NCBI GenBank assembly: GCA_002269645.1
Contig: NIVC01004040.1
Span: 1 to 63,245 of the forward strand
From: Macrostomum lignano
Lineage: Eukaryota
DNA: 63,245 bases
Reading direction: 5' to 3'
The notes below the pieces were generated by a model. It ran no database searches. It worked only from the letters and a program-made list of their open reading frames with translations, and had not been told where the DNA came from. This document shows positions 35,119 through 47,822 of this stretch, piece after piece; within the stretch, counting starts at the first letter, position 1; each line of letters opens with the position of its first letter. Both the position numbers and the translations under genes were made by a program.

Positions 35119-35815
35119 GCTGACTGACTGACTGTCTTGAGTGAGTGGGTGACTGACTGACTGACTGACTGACTGTCTTGAGTGAGTGGGTGACTGACTG
35201 ACTGAATGACTGGCTGACTGACTGACTGACTGACTGACTGACTGACTGACTGACTGACTGACTGACTGACTGACTGACTGACTGACTGACTGACTGACTG
35301 ACTGACTGACTGACTGACTGACTGACTGACTGACTGACTGACTGACTGACTGACTGACTGACTGACTGACTGACTGACTGACTGACTGACTGACTGACTG
35401 ACTGACTGACTGACTGACTGACTGACCTACTGACTGACTTGAGTGAGTGGGTGACTGACTGACTGACTGACTGACTGACTGACTGACTGACTGACTGACT
35501 GACTGACCTACTGACTGACTTGAGTGAGTGGGTGACTGACTGACTGACTGACTGCATGACTGACTGACTGACTGACTGACTAACTGACTGACTGACTGAC
35601 TGACTGACTGACTGACTGACTGACTGACTGACTGACTGACTGACTGACTGACTGACTGACTGACTGACTGACTGACTGACTGACTGACTGACTGACTGAC
35701 TGACTGACTGACTGACTGACTGACTGACTGACTGACTGACTGACTGACTGACTGACTGACTGACTGACTGACTGACTGACTGACTGACTCACTGACTCAC
35801 TGACTCACTCACTCA
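35119..35815. repeat. (GACT)n microsatellite filling an intron
   Basis: About 700 bp of GACT repeats between the GTGAGT donor (35112) and CAG acceptor (35839). Confidence 0.98.
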
Positions 35816-36699
35816 CCCCCTCACCCGTAACCATTGCAGCTTACTATCACCGTGAAGAGTGCAAGTGCGATCTGGGATTCACGGGACCCCAGTGCGAGCA
35901 GTCAGTGAAAATCTGTCTGAAATCTGACTGCAAGGAGCCGCAGGGTGAGCAGCTGCTCAGTAAATTACCGGATTGCAGGAGATTCAGCAGCCTCAAATTT
36001 ATTTGCCTAAATTCTCCACTTCAGACAAGGGGGATGAAGAGGATGGCAGAGTCGATGACGAGTGGTCAGGAGCTTTCAATGTGGGCAGGTCGGTGCACGG
36101 GAGGTCCGGCTTCACCGCCACTGTCGGTGCTGTGACGTCACTGGTGCTTCTGCCATTCCGGCTCAACTGAGCGACGCTTCGATGCTATGAAAAATTGAAA
36201 AAATTACGACAGGAAAATACTTTGTGAAGTTTCTTCAATCACACTCAGTGTGTTCCATGTTTATCCAGAATAAACTGTACGTTTAAATACAATAATTGAA
36301 TTTTTATTGAACTCCTCTCTGTGTTATCACTTTTTATGAGAAACGAAAAATACGTCGTTAATTTTGTGCCATTTCAGAGACAGCTTAAGTAAAAATGTGT
36401 GATTCGTTTTACTAAACATTTTGTTGCAATCATTTTCACTATAAATCTTTTTTGCTAACAGAAGGCAATTGCTAATTAATGATTTTCAGTTGACAAAATA
36501 CAAAGTGAAACAGCATCGAAATGATTCGCAAGCCATAGATCATGAGCCTCGCGGTTAACAAAGCCTAATTAGCAGAAACTGATATACCGTATATACTGCT
36601 TCAATATTGATTTTTAACGCTGATCTCATCAGCAGTGGAACTACCAAGTGAACTACCAGAAATTTTTTTGCTGCGCCGTATTGGAGCAACGCAGGCACA

Positions 36700-38170
36700 C
36701 GAAATTCAAGAAGACGGGCTATCTTTTTGTTGTGCACCTTCTCAAACAAGAATCAAGTCGCCAGCCCTCCGGACCGTCGAGATATTCGACGATTCTGCCA
36801 GAAGGTCGGATTTTTCCCATAAGCGCCAGTGTATTCAGTACACCCCTGTGCGCCAATCAGCACTGCGCGTCAGTGCAGCCTTGCCAAGCCTCCAAATTTC
36901 ATCAGCACGTCGACCGCATGTGTCTGGATCAGCTCTGACTTCGTTGGTCACTAGCCTTCACCCAGCGGGAGCTTCTGGACCTTTCGTCGAGGCTTGATCA
37001 GCGAAAATAGAGATATTCGCATCATTCTGTTCATAGTCACCTGGTGCCACCTGTTGGAGGTCCAGCAGTTCAAAACTTAAAAGACTCGCACCGGCTTCTC
37101 TGCAGCAGTTGCCTCCGCGGCAGCAGTGCTCCCCAGGTCCAGGAGGCATTCCGGCGCACACTGGAACTGTCATCCGGATGCCATCAGCCCAGTGGTGCAG
37201 GGGACTGGCCAGCCTCCTGAAGCGATGCCAGCGAAGGTTCCAGTCTGCAGCACAGGAGAGTGTGGTCGGATAGGATACATTTCAGGGTGCATGATCAATG
37301 GCCCGAAGACGAGCTCTTTGCGGCATTGGGCAGAGAATCCAATCAAGCCGGGTGTCGCAACCTTTTGGGCTATGAAAGGTTGGTAGAAGGGCAGCGCCAG
37401 GAATTCCATCTTCAGCATCCTGCGCGCAGGGCACCCTGGCATTGTGAAGATATACCTGAAGGCCAAGGATTTTTTCCACTGGCCGGGCATGCGCAGCTGC
37501 AACGAGCAAACAGTCAGCCAGTGCGAGGCCTGCCAGCGGAACATGAAGGCGCAATCAAGGAGGCTCTGAGGTCCGTGGAAATGCCGACTTCCCCTTTTTC
37601 CAATCTGCTCGACTGTTTTATTTGAGTACAGCGGTGCCTCATACCTGGTGTACGTTGATGCATGTAGCCGCTGGCTGAGCGTCACTCAACTGCGGTTAAC
37701 AACCAACCTGGCCGTAGTGCAAGTACTGTAAGGACCACTTCCAGAACTTCCTGAGAGGTGTGCCTGAGAAGCTCATCAGCGATGGTGGCCCACAGTTCTT
37801 GGCTCGCGAGTTCTACCAACTGATGAAGAGGTTCAAGATCGAGCACAGGACGTCAAACCTAACATATTAAACGGCAGAGCAGAGCGGTACGTGCAAACTG
37901 CGAAGAATCTTATGAATAAGTGCAATGAGACTGGCCAAAGCCTGGAGATAGCACTCTCCTGAAACACTCCTCTTGGCAGCGGCTTTCCAAGTCCGGCTGA
38001 AACGGCATTCCAGCCGAAGGCTTCAATGCGACCTGCCCACGACTGTGCAGTATCTGCGACCTGGAGAGACTTATGTCCACGACAGCATCGAAGCGTTTCA
38101 GAAATAGCGGATCCGAGCAGCACAACTGTAGAACCGCGGTGCACGTCTGACGCTGCAGCGAGTCAGTCTG
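36700..38170 (+). pseudogene. Degenerate Gypsy pol (integrase) relic
   Basis: GHPGIVK..HWPGM..CEACQ (zinc-binding domain), FEYSGASYLVYVDACSRW, GVPEKLISDGGPQF and NGRAERYVQTAK, broken by stops and frameshifts. Confidence 0.8.
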
Positions 38171-39226
38171 GCTTTAGCGTGGGTGGCTGCTGAGATCGAC
38201 AGCAAAGTAGGCGACACTCCAAGATTTTACTGAGTCCGCACGGAGACCGGCCAGCAGCTGAGGCTTATCGGCGCTTCATCCGACTTCGCAAGTTGGGCGT
38301 TCCCTTCTTCGAAAGTGACATTGCAGCTAACGAGAGCATTTTCGACATGGAAGCTGCACTGCATCTCGGCAATCAGCCGGCTACCCTGCTGCTGCGAGTG
38401 ACAATAAGCAATAACTTGTTTATTACACACAGATCTTATTAGAAAGCGCTATTTTAGCAGGTGTGATGATAACTTTAACTAATCGAAATCGCAGACAGTG
38501 TCTGTTGTTTATTTGAGTTCTAGGAAGCTACTGAACTTTATTTATCAGATACGGCTGTATGAGCACGGTCTGGAGTTATGAGTTGTGCAGCTTCTGCTAA
38601 ATTCAATTCAACCAGTCTAAAAATAGAAACGACAAGTTCACTACCAAAAAAGAAACTGGTTAAATAGAACGCTTGGATGGTGAGAGTCTAGAGAGTTAAA
38701 AACTCTTAAAAATTCAGATAAAATGGATATTAATAATAATTAATTATACTGCCCCAATGGGCAGATGTGTACCCGACAGCTCAGCCGCAGCTATTGCGCG
38801 GCGCATCTGAAGGCTGCGTACGGCTCCTCAGTCCAAGGACGCCACGCACACACCCACACCCTCTCAATTACCCCAGCTAATTGTCGCATCATTTTACAGC
38901 TGAGTGAACTGAAGCCTTCTAAAATCTGTTACTAAAAATAGAAAGTCTCAAACGGCACCAATCGAAGCAGACCAACTTGATGCTAAATTGAATTTCCGCG
39001 GATTTTACTTTGACGAAGTTCACATAAATTTAATTATTTAAACCCTGAGTGCCGTCCAAGGCCGACTGAAGTAATCCATATATCTCTTCAATCTACTTAC
39101 GTAGTCCCTGGTGCCGCTTCAGGAAACCGCGAGGTAAGAAACGTTTGTCCTGCATCAGTTGGACCATCATTGAAGATTAACCTTTTTTGAAACTTGCACC
39201 ACTTTTGACAAAAATTAGAAAGCATC

Positions 39227-41545
39227 ATGAGACTAAGATTTGCTTTAGTCAACGGTGACTTTGGCCGGCAACTACTGTGTCTGTTTCTGCTTATCGTTGT
39301 GGGAAGCTGTTGCATCTGCAGCAACTACAAGACAGGTGAGCTGACATTATACTTTGTGATACTCTAGCTTTTAAATGTGGCCACTTCATGTCAAATGTCG
39401 AAAAATGAGTTTGCCTAGGCCAGCCACCTGTTTCATCTGATGATTTATTGCCTGTTCTTTAGGTCATTTTCTCTATTTTTCTGTACGCACAATGTACTCT
39501 AAATTATCTATCTTTCCGCCGACCACCCAACCTTTTCCACCCTGTGATTTCCACCTTCGTTTTTCTTATCACCAGTCGCAATCAAGAATTCTCGGTTTAT
39601 CTTGTAGAGTTGTTTTAGCTACAGCTGTTGGTTTTCACGGACTATACTTGTAAAAACAAACATGTTAAGAATTTTGTTTCAACCGTCACAATATCGTATA
39701 ATGGCAAATGATGAAACTGTGACGTACTTCATGATCCAACCAAACGGGCATCCATAACTCGGAAAGGTTTTCCTTATTTTTTAACGGAATTAGTTGGTGC
39801 ATACTATTCAATAACTGACGAAATTTTGAGGTTGTACAATGCATTTACGTGCAGTGCGACTTAAGTTTGTGCTTAAAAAATTCTACCGATTTCTTTAAAC
39901 ATTCCAAAAACATCAACGACTGTTTTTCAGAGCTATGCGGTCTGTACGCGACCTGCACAGACGCGCGGGGGTCGTACAACTGCACCTGCATCAATGGATT
40001 TCAAGGCAACGGAAAGGATAATTGCACCGGTGGGTTAAAACTTTTGGTTTTGGTTACTAGTTAGAAAAAGCACTTATGTTTGTATGAGATCGGCCATAAA
40101 CTGAACAGTTCAAGATGTCAACGAGTGTCTCAGCAGCTCCAATTCGATGCCCATGCTGACTGCATCAACCTGATCGGCTCATTTGATTGCATTTGCAAGC
40201 CGGGTTACTATGGCAACGGGACTGTCTGCTATCGTGAGTTTACATAATATATTTGTAATATAATTTGGCTGAAGGACTTTGTCTCAATCCCGGATGCATT
40301 TGCAACTCAGATGCTCCTATCGACAGTAAATGCAACAAATACGAGCAAATCGGACTATGACATTGTGCACGCACCACGCGGCATTCCGTTTCTGATTGGC
40401 AGTCAGGAAAGTTCGTCTTTTCAAGTGATTCCAGTTCCGCATCATCTTACTTTTTGTACAGATTTGAGCTCTAACTTCAAATTAACAGTTGCTTCCACGA
40501 GCTGAGGAAAAATATTCTAAGAAAAAACCTTAATTAAGAAGAATTAACTCCACGATCCTTTAAATTTGTCTGTTAACTGAAATTTAAAAACAATCTCAAC
40601 ACCCAGGTCAGTAACTACGGCGCCATCAGTTTCTCTGGGTATCTATGGTATTTACCGTACAACTCCATCACGGACAGTATCAACTTTCCTGGAGCCTTCG
40701 TGGCGCCTTACTGGTTCGTTAATCCTCGCACCTACCGAAGCAGTTGGACTCCGAAGGTGTGCTACGAGCTGCTGAATTCGTGGAACCACAGCTCCGGGTC
40801 GAACTGGCGCGCGGTCAAGCAGATCATTGAGCAGGAGATTCGACCCGAGTTCAACCCTCTGACGGCGCTCATCGTCACTTGGCGCATTCTGACGCCGTCA
40901 CTGCCATCACAGAGCTCTTGGAATCGATCATCAGAATGGTCAGAATCGTCAGAATGGTCAGAAAATGTTATTCTAGGCCTTGGAATGAGACGAACGGCTA
41001 CATCGACCTCTGCCGGGGTCTGTGTTCTCGAGCCAAGGCGAATGCTCTAATTGGGGAAATCTCTCTCAAGTGCCAGAGTTTTTTCTAATGACCATAATCT
41101 GCACTTCTTGCTGGCGATGACCCGCGGATGCAAATATATAACCTACTTACTAACAAAATATTCTAAGTAGCTGTAGTTTAAAATTCTGCTTCAGCTTTTA
41201 CTTTATATCTGAAAAAAGAAAAAGAAAACCAAAACATCAGAATGTTTGTTTTTCTGTAGAAGGTCAACCGTTTTGCATGCACTTTTTCATACTTGAGTTA
41301 GATTTGCTTCATGAAGATATTACTATAGTTGGGTATACTAAGTCTTATCGAAGCAACTACTTACGAAATCACAGTTTTTACGAAATTATAAATATGACCT
41401 CAAGTCAAGCTTGTCAGCTCTTTCTCATAAAACTGCATTCTGCATGCAATTTCAGAGCATCAAGTTCCAAGCAGTTGTAACGCGCAATGAGACTCACTCA
41501 TGCGCCATTTTCAACCACGGTGACTTCCACCTGCCTGTGCCTCGT
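39227..41545 (+). pseudogene. Mucin-like paralog B (signal peptide, EGF, EGF_CA, NIDO), truncated
   Basis: Signal exon MRLRFAL..LLCLFLLIVVGSCC (39227-39335, GTGAG donor). Its exons and some intron sequence are closely similar to gene A. There is a 1-nt deletion in the EGF_CA exon near 40143, and the gene ends before AMOP. Confidence 0.85.
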
Positions 41546-41689
41546 AGTTTCATAAGCGGCGTTCACCTTACCTACAGTTTCTATAGCAACAGTGTCCTTA
41601 GCTACGGTTTATATAGCAACAATTGCCCTCGTCTTACTGTATCATAGAGCACTACAGCTTACAGAGTGTCAGCCAGAGTGGTGCAGCGA

Positions 41690-42037
41690 GCCTCGGCTAC
41701 GGCGAGGCAGGCCAGATTTTGACACGGAAAGCGGGAGCTACGGCGAGGCAGGCCAGCTTGGCACAGGGAAAGCGGGAGCTACGGCGAGGCAGGCCAGCTT
41801 GGCACAGGGAAAGCGGGAGCTACGGCGAGGCAGGCCAGCTTGGCACAGGGAAAGCGGGAGCTACGGCGAGGCAGGCCAGCTTGGCACAGGGAAAGCGGGA
41901 GCTACGGCGAGGCAGGCCAGCTTGGCACAGGGAAAGCGGGAGCTACGGCGAGGCAGGCCAGCTTGGCACAGGGAAAGCGGGAGCTACGGCGAGGCAGGTC
42001 AGCTTGGCACAGGGAAAGCGGGAGCTACGGCGAGGCA
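41690..42037. repeat. 41-bp tandem repeat (~8 copies)
   Basis: Unit GGCACAGGGAAAGCGGGAGCTACGGCGAGGCAGGCCAGCTT at 41760, 41801 and onward. Confidence 0.95.
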
Positions 42038-42039
42038 CC

Positions 42040-42540
42040 ACTTCATAGCTGTGCAGCTGAGGAACTCCATGCTGCTGGAGGAGCCAGGCAATGGCCGCCC
42101 GGCTGACGGAGTCAAAAGCTTTGCAGAAATCTACAAAGACAACTGAGACCACATTTCTGGAGAGGCTGACAGGTGTCAATGATAAACCGGATCGCTGCGA
42201 TTTGCTCTTCTGTTGACCGTCCAGGTCGAAAGCAGCTCTGGATGTTGAGAAGCCCCTGGTTGATGATGGGTTAAATGCGGTTTCGAAGAATGGTGTTGAG
42301 GACTTTGGTCAGAGTGCACTCCAGGGCGATGTCACGCAAGTTGTCGAGGCCGCTAGAGTTCTCCATCGCTCTGGGGCACTAGCAGTTGAGTCCCCGCCCA
42401 GACAGCAGGAGCGGTTGAGGATTCCGGTGATGATAGGCAGCAGCTCGGGCTCTTCAGGACACGCGGTGGGATATCATCGATTCCCGCTGCTGCATCAGCC
42501 CGCATGGTTCTTAGGGCCTTGGAGACTTCATCCATGGAGG
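42040..42540 (-). pseudogene. Non-LTR (RTE/L2-like) RT fragment
   Basis: AAAGIDDIPPRVLK, RPGRSTEEQIAAIRFII and VVFVDFCKAFDSVSR. Confidence 0.8.
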
Positions 42541-44490
42541 TCGGTGCGCAATTGATGACGAATGGGCAGGTAAGTCAGCGAGTCAGCGAGTGATTCTTAA
42601 CCATCAAGTAGCATTAATTTAGCCCCTTTGGGATGTGATTTATCGTAAAAACTAGTAATTTTTCTTCCATAGCCGACGCACCCCTCCCAAAGACCCGTCG
42701 GGGTCGGAAAGATGTCCGCTCGAGCCTACTTTTTACACCAGGGTGCTACTGGTTCGATCAGTGGACGAATTGGCTGCAAATCTGCACTTTTTTAAATACA
42801 GGCTCGCCTGGGCTGTCTTTCAGTGAGGCACATCTGACGCTTTGCATGACTGCCAGAGGGTGTCGTGGCAACTTCACCTGACAGGCTACATCGTCTGTAC
42901 CGAGTCGTACTGTTCACAGCCGGTGCAGGTGCTGTTATTTGCACATGCCTTCGAGGGCAGACGCCCCAGATGCCAGATGTAAGAGGCCTTGAGACGCGCT
43001 TTGCAACGCTGTTTTTTCATAAATTTCGTTGCTCTGATACATCTTAGAAACTAAACAGCTCCATGGGTAAATCATTCAATTAATATGCTTACTGCGAGTT
43101 TAACAATATTTATAAAGTTTCATGATTTATTGTTGCTTTAGCAAACACAGAACCAAGTAAATTTTAAGCGTTAAGCTCCCGCTTGGAGCGAATATAAAAT
43201 ATCAGAGCAGATTTTTTCTAAACTGCTTAAGATGGTCTGCATGGCCCATAATAGTCATAGATGTTTCAATAAAAAGCCACTGCTCCAGAGTAGCCTGGAG
43301 CAGCGTACCGAGTCTCTCTGTATGAAGATCTTTAATCAAACAGCGATGCTGGGGTAGAAAAGTATTCGGTTCGGTAGGGCTGCTATAAAGGCAACGGCTT
43401 CAATGATGCTCTACTCCTTAAATGTACAAGGAATCTAGTTTCATTTTGCTGCTCATTATATAGGTGGATTCAGGTTATGCGAACGATTTATGCGAAAATC
43501 TTTTGTTCAAACTCTTCTGGTGCTGTTACTCTGTCCCTCCATTCCCTGTCTCTCCATTCCAGCTATTCAGCTGAGCCTTGAGAAATTTGTCTGTCTTTCC
43601 GCTGCTAAACTATTCGACATTGTCTGACGTCCAGGCCCCTACATCTGTTTTGCTCCACTGCCTGTCCTGTCAGGTGTGCTATCAGGTGCCTTGTCAAGTA
43701 GATTGCTTAAGTTTTGGGAAACTGGGGTGTCTGAGTACGGCTTTGAGTTTTGAGTTTCGCAGCTGCTTCTGAATCATCAACAAGTCTAAAAACAGAAATT
43801 ACGCTCGTGGCTCTGACAACAAAAAGAAACTGGTTAAATAGAAACAAGGCTTCAAAATTGCAAGTCTGGAGAGCTGGAAACTCGAAAATTCAGATGAATG
43901 GCAAAGATTTTAAAGTGAGCAGACCAAACATTTTTATCGGACAAAACGTAGCAATCGTGAATAACATGTCAAAATTCACAAGATATAGAGCTCAGACTCA
44001 GAGAACAATGGCATCAGAGTAGAAGGCATGAGGGGGCTTTTGGGACAAAATTTTTCACCTCCTCCATAATCCACCTAAATCCATCCATATTATCCCTGAC
44101 AGAATCAGAAAAAAAGGGGGGTCGCACTCGCTCCGAAAACATCGTCCATAATCCACCTAAATCCATCCATATTATCCCTGACAGAATCTTGAAAAAGGGG
44201 AGGGGTCGCACTTGCTCCGAAAACTTCGAACATAATCCTATTAAATCCATCCATATTATCCCTGACAGAATCAGAGCATTATCCCTGACAGAATCAGAGC
44301 ATAACAGTAGGACACCTGTTATGCTCACTGACAACGACATCCACCCATAGCATGTTCGAAACAATCAGAAAATAATCTGCATTCTTCTCCCCACATTCAA
44401 TTTGCAAAGCGAAACCAGATCCCTAAGACTTTAAATCCCCTAACCCAGGGTCCTCACCCTTTGAAAAAAAAATTAATTTCTCAATAAAAA

Positions 44491-44733
44491 ATGTTTCCAG
44501 TTGTCTCTCCAGGTTCTTATTACAAAGCGCACGAGCCCAATTACAAATCCAAGTACCGATGCAAACTTGAATGCAGCGAGTACATGAGAAAATATTGGCC
44601 CAGCGTTGATATCAATGTCCCTAATATTAATCTAGCTCTCCAAAGACACTGGTTTCATAAGTATGGAGTAACCTATGTAAAATATTACGACAGCTATTAT
44701 AACTTTGCAGAAATAATTAGGCAATTGTGTTAA
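44491..44733 (+). CDS. Small Tyr-rich hypothetical protein of Polinton 1
   Basis: 80-aa ORF with the same TAAAAAATG start context as the other element genes. Confidence 0.45.
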   Translation: MFPVVSPGSYYKAHEPNYKSKYRCKLECSEYMRKYWPSVDINVPNINLALQRHWFHKYGVTYVKYYDSYYNFAEIIRQLC

Positions 44734-44990
44734 AAAACATACTGAGTTCATTTATTCCCAAGTATATTTACATAAAACAGGAGGAAATAAGGAGGAAAGA
44801 GCAGACACTGAGTGTGCAGAGCTATCCGGCTGAGAATTTTCTTCCGCGACGTGTGCAAGCTAGTTGCAAGGTTGGAAATGAATGAAGGTAGAGAAAGAAC
44901 AAGATATTGTAGATCCTCGCACAATCCAAAATCGATATTCTTCGGATCCAGAATAATATTGATTTTCCTCCAAGTCATTTTGTGAACAGC

Positions 44991-45270
44991 ACTTTCCTGT
45001 ATTGTCAGGAATTCCTGTATTGTCAGGAATTGGCACGAGTTTAAAAAAATCCTGGAGATCCAGAAAAGTGTTTAGAAGACTACTATGAGTAGCTTACATT
45101 GATAAAATCCTGAAAAAATCCAGTAAAAAGACTTTCCTGTATTGTCAGGAATTCCTGTATTGTCAGGAATTGGCACGAGTTTAAAAAATCCTGGAAAAAA
45201 TCCTGTAGATCCACGAAAGTGTTGAGAAGACTACTATGAGTAGCTTACATTGATAAAATCCTGGAAAAAA
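44991..45270. repeat. 140-bp tandem duplication
   Basis: ACTTTCCTGTATTGTCAGGAATTCCTGTATTGTCAGGAATTGGCACGAG at 44991 and 45131. Confidence 0.9.
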
Positions 45271-46240
45271 AATTGTTGATAACTTAGAAGTCAATCTTCA
45301 TCAGCAACAAATGATTGGCGAAGTTCGTCAAACACCATTTCGGTTCTCATGGCATAGTTGCGAACCTGGGTCTCCTCGGCCGCTCTTGAACGAATTCGCT
45401 GGTTCTCAACTTTTTCATTGAAGAAATTGTGGAGAACTTCTTGAATTCGCTCTGATGCCTGTTCGTCGGCATCTAATCCTTCAATAAGGCGACCTTGGAG
45501 ATTTTCTAGGTCGGTCTAGTAGAACGTAATTTTTTGTGAACTAAAAATAAAGATTTAATTAAAATAAGAGATTTTTCAATTCCTCACACAGGATAGAATT
45601 TCAGTAAGTAAAAAAATGAATAAACTTACAACATAATGAAATCAGCAGCCACAACGGTGCAGAATTGCGTGACGAAGAACGTGAGCGAGCAAAAGGAGCT
45701 GAATTTTCTTGCTTGCTTTAACTAGCTTCCGAGCGATCGATTCCCTCCACCCGCTTCCTTCCCTCCAGTTGTCAAAGCGGAAAGGAATGCACGCGTGGAA
45801 CAGGGCTGCGCTCCCTCAGCAAATAGCAGTTACCCCACCCCTTTTCAAAATGCAGCTGTTGCGTTTGGCTAGGGCTGAGAATAATAGTTAAGCCCTTCCC
45901 GACTCAAGCGCCCCTCTCTACCCCCCCCCCATATTTTCATACCGTATAGACCAACTAGGCGGGCCCATGGTCTGTGGGCGGGCCACATTCCGAGGCCAAA
46001 TCGGCGGGCCGAGGCCAACTCGGCGGGCCAACTGGCCTCGCAATTTGGCCAATAATCAATATCAATCAAGGAGGGAATCTCAACATACACAGTCCATGCA
46101 TGCTAATGGCGGCGAAGCGGTTGACTTTTTATTTTCTGCTCTTAGCTCTCTGGAGAATGAGAATCTCTCTTGTGCGCAACTCTTTAGGGAATAAAAAACT
46201 GTACTTACTCAAATCCACACTTGCTCATGCCCTTCCCGAT

Positions 46241-46741
46241 TCAAGCGCCCCTCTCTACCCCCAGCTCTTTCAGCAGTCTTCCCAATTTCTTGTTAGGAGC
46301 GCACAAAATAAACCCTACTCCCAAGCCTCCGCCCTCTCTCCCCACGCACCCGCCCTCTCTCCCCAAACACCCACCCTCGTCGTCGATCCCCAACCCTAGC
46401 TTTTTCTTACCAAAAATAACCGCCTTGACTAATTTCCGAGCAATCGACTCACGAAATCCGCTTGAAGCCCCTATATTGTCTAGTCTCTTAAGCATTTCTT
46501 TGTCCCAGCGATTCTTCTCCTCAGGAAAATCTCTATATTTAACATCGTGCCACATGCAGACAGAGTCTAGCTCGTTCACAGGCTCATGCCCAGGATTTGG
46601 ATTATCGTTTGTATCTAACTGTATTTCAAGTGGATTCAAAGGCCCGCAATATTTATAGCCGGGAAGTGTCCAGCCTTTGTTCGGATGAGGAAGCTTTTCT
46701 ATCAGTCCATGTGAATCTAACTTACCACCAGAGCGTTGCAT
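46241..46741 (-). CDS. Parvovirus VP1u-like phospholipase A2 domain protein (PLA2X-type)
   Basis: TLPGYKYCGPLN..PVNELDSVCMWHDVKY, containing the HD catalytic dyad. Confidence 0.85.
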   Translation of the reverse strand: MQRSGGKLDSHGLIEKLPHPNKGWTLPGYKYCGPLNPLEIQLDTNDNPNPGHEPVNELDSVCMWHDVKYRDFPEEKNRWDKEMLKRLDNIGASSGFRESIARKLVKAVIFGKKKLGLGIDDEGGCLGREGGCVGREGGGLGVGFILCAPNKKLGRLLKELGVERGA

Positions 46742-46771
46742 TATTTTATTTTAAATTTTCTTTTTAAAAAA

Positions 46772-47806
46772 ATGACAGATCAGAAACTTAAAAAACTCTA
46801 CTACAGCGACAAAGGATTCTTTGTAGGAAAAAATTCCGTTAGTAAACTCATGGAGCTGAGTAAGGAATCAAAAGCTACAGTAGAAAAATGGCTCTCTAAG
46901 CAGGCTGTCTTTCAAGTCTATTTCCCACCAGTAAAATTTGAAAGGCCCCATTTCAGTATTTATAAACCTAATGAAGCGCACCAAGCAGACCTTTTGTTTC
47001 TCCCCAACGACTCAGGCTACAAGTATGCTCTTACAATTATAGACGTTGCTTCCAGATATAAGGAAGCTCGCCCACTCAAGACGAAGAAGTCAGAGGTTGT
47101 TGCCAGCGCACTGCAAGAGATCTATGAAACCTCTCCTCTAACCTATCCAGAAATGTTCATGGCCGATCAGGGTAAGGAATTCTATGGGGCAGTACGAAGT
47201 CTCCTACATAAGTATGACACAAAAATTCGCTATGGCAGAACAAACTTGCACAGAGACCAAGCGTACGTTGAGAGATTCAATCTAACTCTAGCCAAGAGGC
47301 TATTCACTAAGCAGACAGCGCAAGAACTCAAACTGAGTGCGGGGCAGTACTTTACCAAGTGGACAGACCGGCTCCCCACTGTTATAGAGCAACTGAACAA
47401 TGAAGTCACACGTATGACTGGATTGAAACCGTCCCATGCAATTAAACAAGACACTGTCGAACTTAAGGCATCTCATAAAACAGACAACACACACAACACA
47501 CACAACACACACAACACAAAACACACCTCGAACTACCCTAAGCTTCCAGGAGTTGAATCACCATACATACTGACAAACTCTGAGTTTCTACGCTTTTTAT
47601 ATCTACCTGGAGAGCTAGAGAAGGACACCAAAAGAAGAGCTACAGATCCATACTTCAGCCTTGATGTACATAAAATAGACAGACATTTTACCTCCGACTC
47701 CGGTGACTATTACTTTTTATCTCAGGCCTTTAACCCTAAATCCCCCACGCGGTCATTCACTAGAGCTGAACTCCTAGTGATACCAGCTGACACGGAAATT
47801 AATTAA
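46772..47806 (+). CDS. int: Polinton retroviral-like integrase (DDE)
   Basis: HQADLLFLP (D), MADQGKEF (D), YVERFNLTL (E) and C-terminal RSFTRAELLVIP. The ORF is intact; the ATG at 46772 is preferred. Confidence 0.93.
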   Translation: MTDQKLKKLYYSDKGFFVGKNSVSKLMELSKESKATVEKWLSKQAVFQVYFPPVKFERPHFSIYKPNEAHQADLLFLPNDSGYKYALTIIDVASRYKEARPLKTKKSEVVASALQEIYETSPLTYPEMFMADQGKEFYGAVRSLLHKYDTKIRYGRTNLHRDQAYVERFNLTLAKRLFTKQTAQELKLSAGQYFTKWTDRLPTVIEQLNNEVTRMTGLKPSHAIKQDTVELKASHKTDNTHNTHNTHNTKHTSNYPKLPGVESPYILTNSEFLRFLYLPGELEKDTKRRATDPYFSLDVHKIDRHFTSDSGDYYFLSQAFNPKSPTRSFTRAELLVIPADTEIN

Positions 47807-47822
47807 AATATTAAAATAAAAA

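Larger units (their letters stand above)
27246..36170 (+). pseudogene. Mucin-like/SUSD2-MUC4-type gene A: EGF, EGF_CA, NIDO, AMOP, VWD, cadherin/Ig-like, EGF, hydrophobic (GPI-like) tail
   Basis: Exons: ~27246-27362 (EGF), ~27455-27577 (DVDECLSS), ~27662-27778, ~27941-28378 (NIDO, VAPYW), ~29026-29699 (FQAVV..SYAIFNY, Cys-rich AMOP), 31994-32203, 33558-34294 (GDPHLSTL..YTFNGHCEY, VWD), 34646-35111, 35840-35944, 36025-36170. Phases are consistent for the exons from 29699 onward. A TAA at 28090-28092 replaces the paralog's TGG, and there is a frameshift near 29360. Confidence 0.85.

Noticed and set aside
34874-35792. Long Ser/Gln/Val ORFs (SQSV)n
   Set aside because: These are translation artefacts of the (GACT)n intronic microsatellite.
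41592-42146. Repetitive protein ORFs
   Set aside because: They are produced by the stop-free 41-bp tandem repeat joined to an antisense RT fragment.
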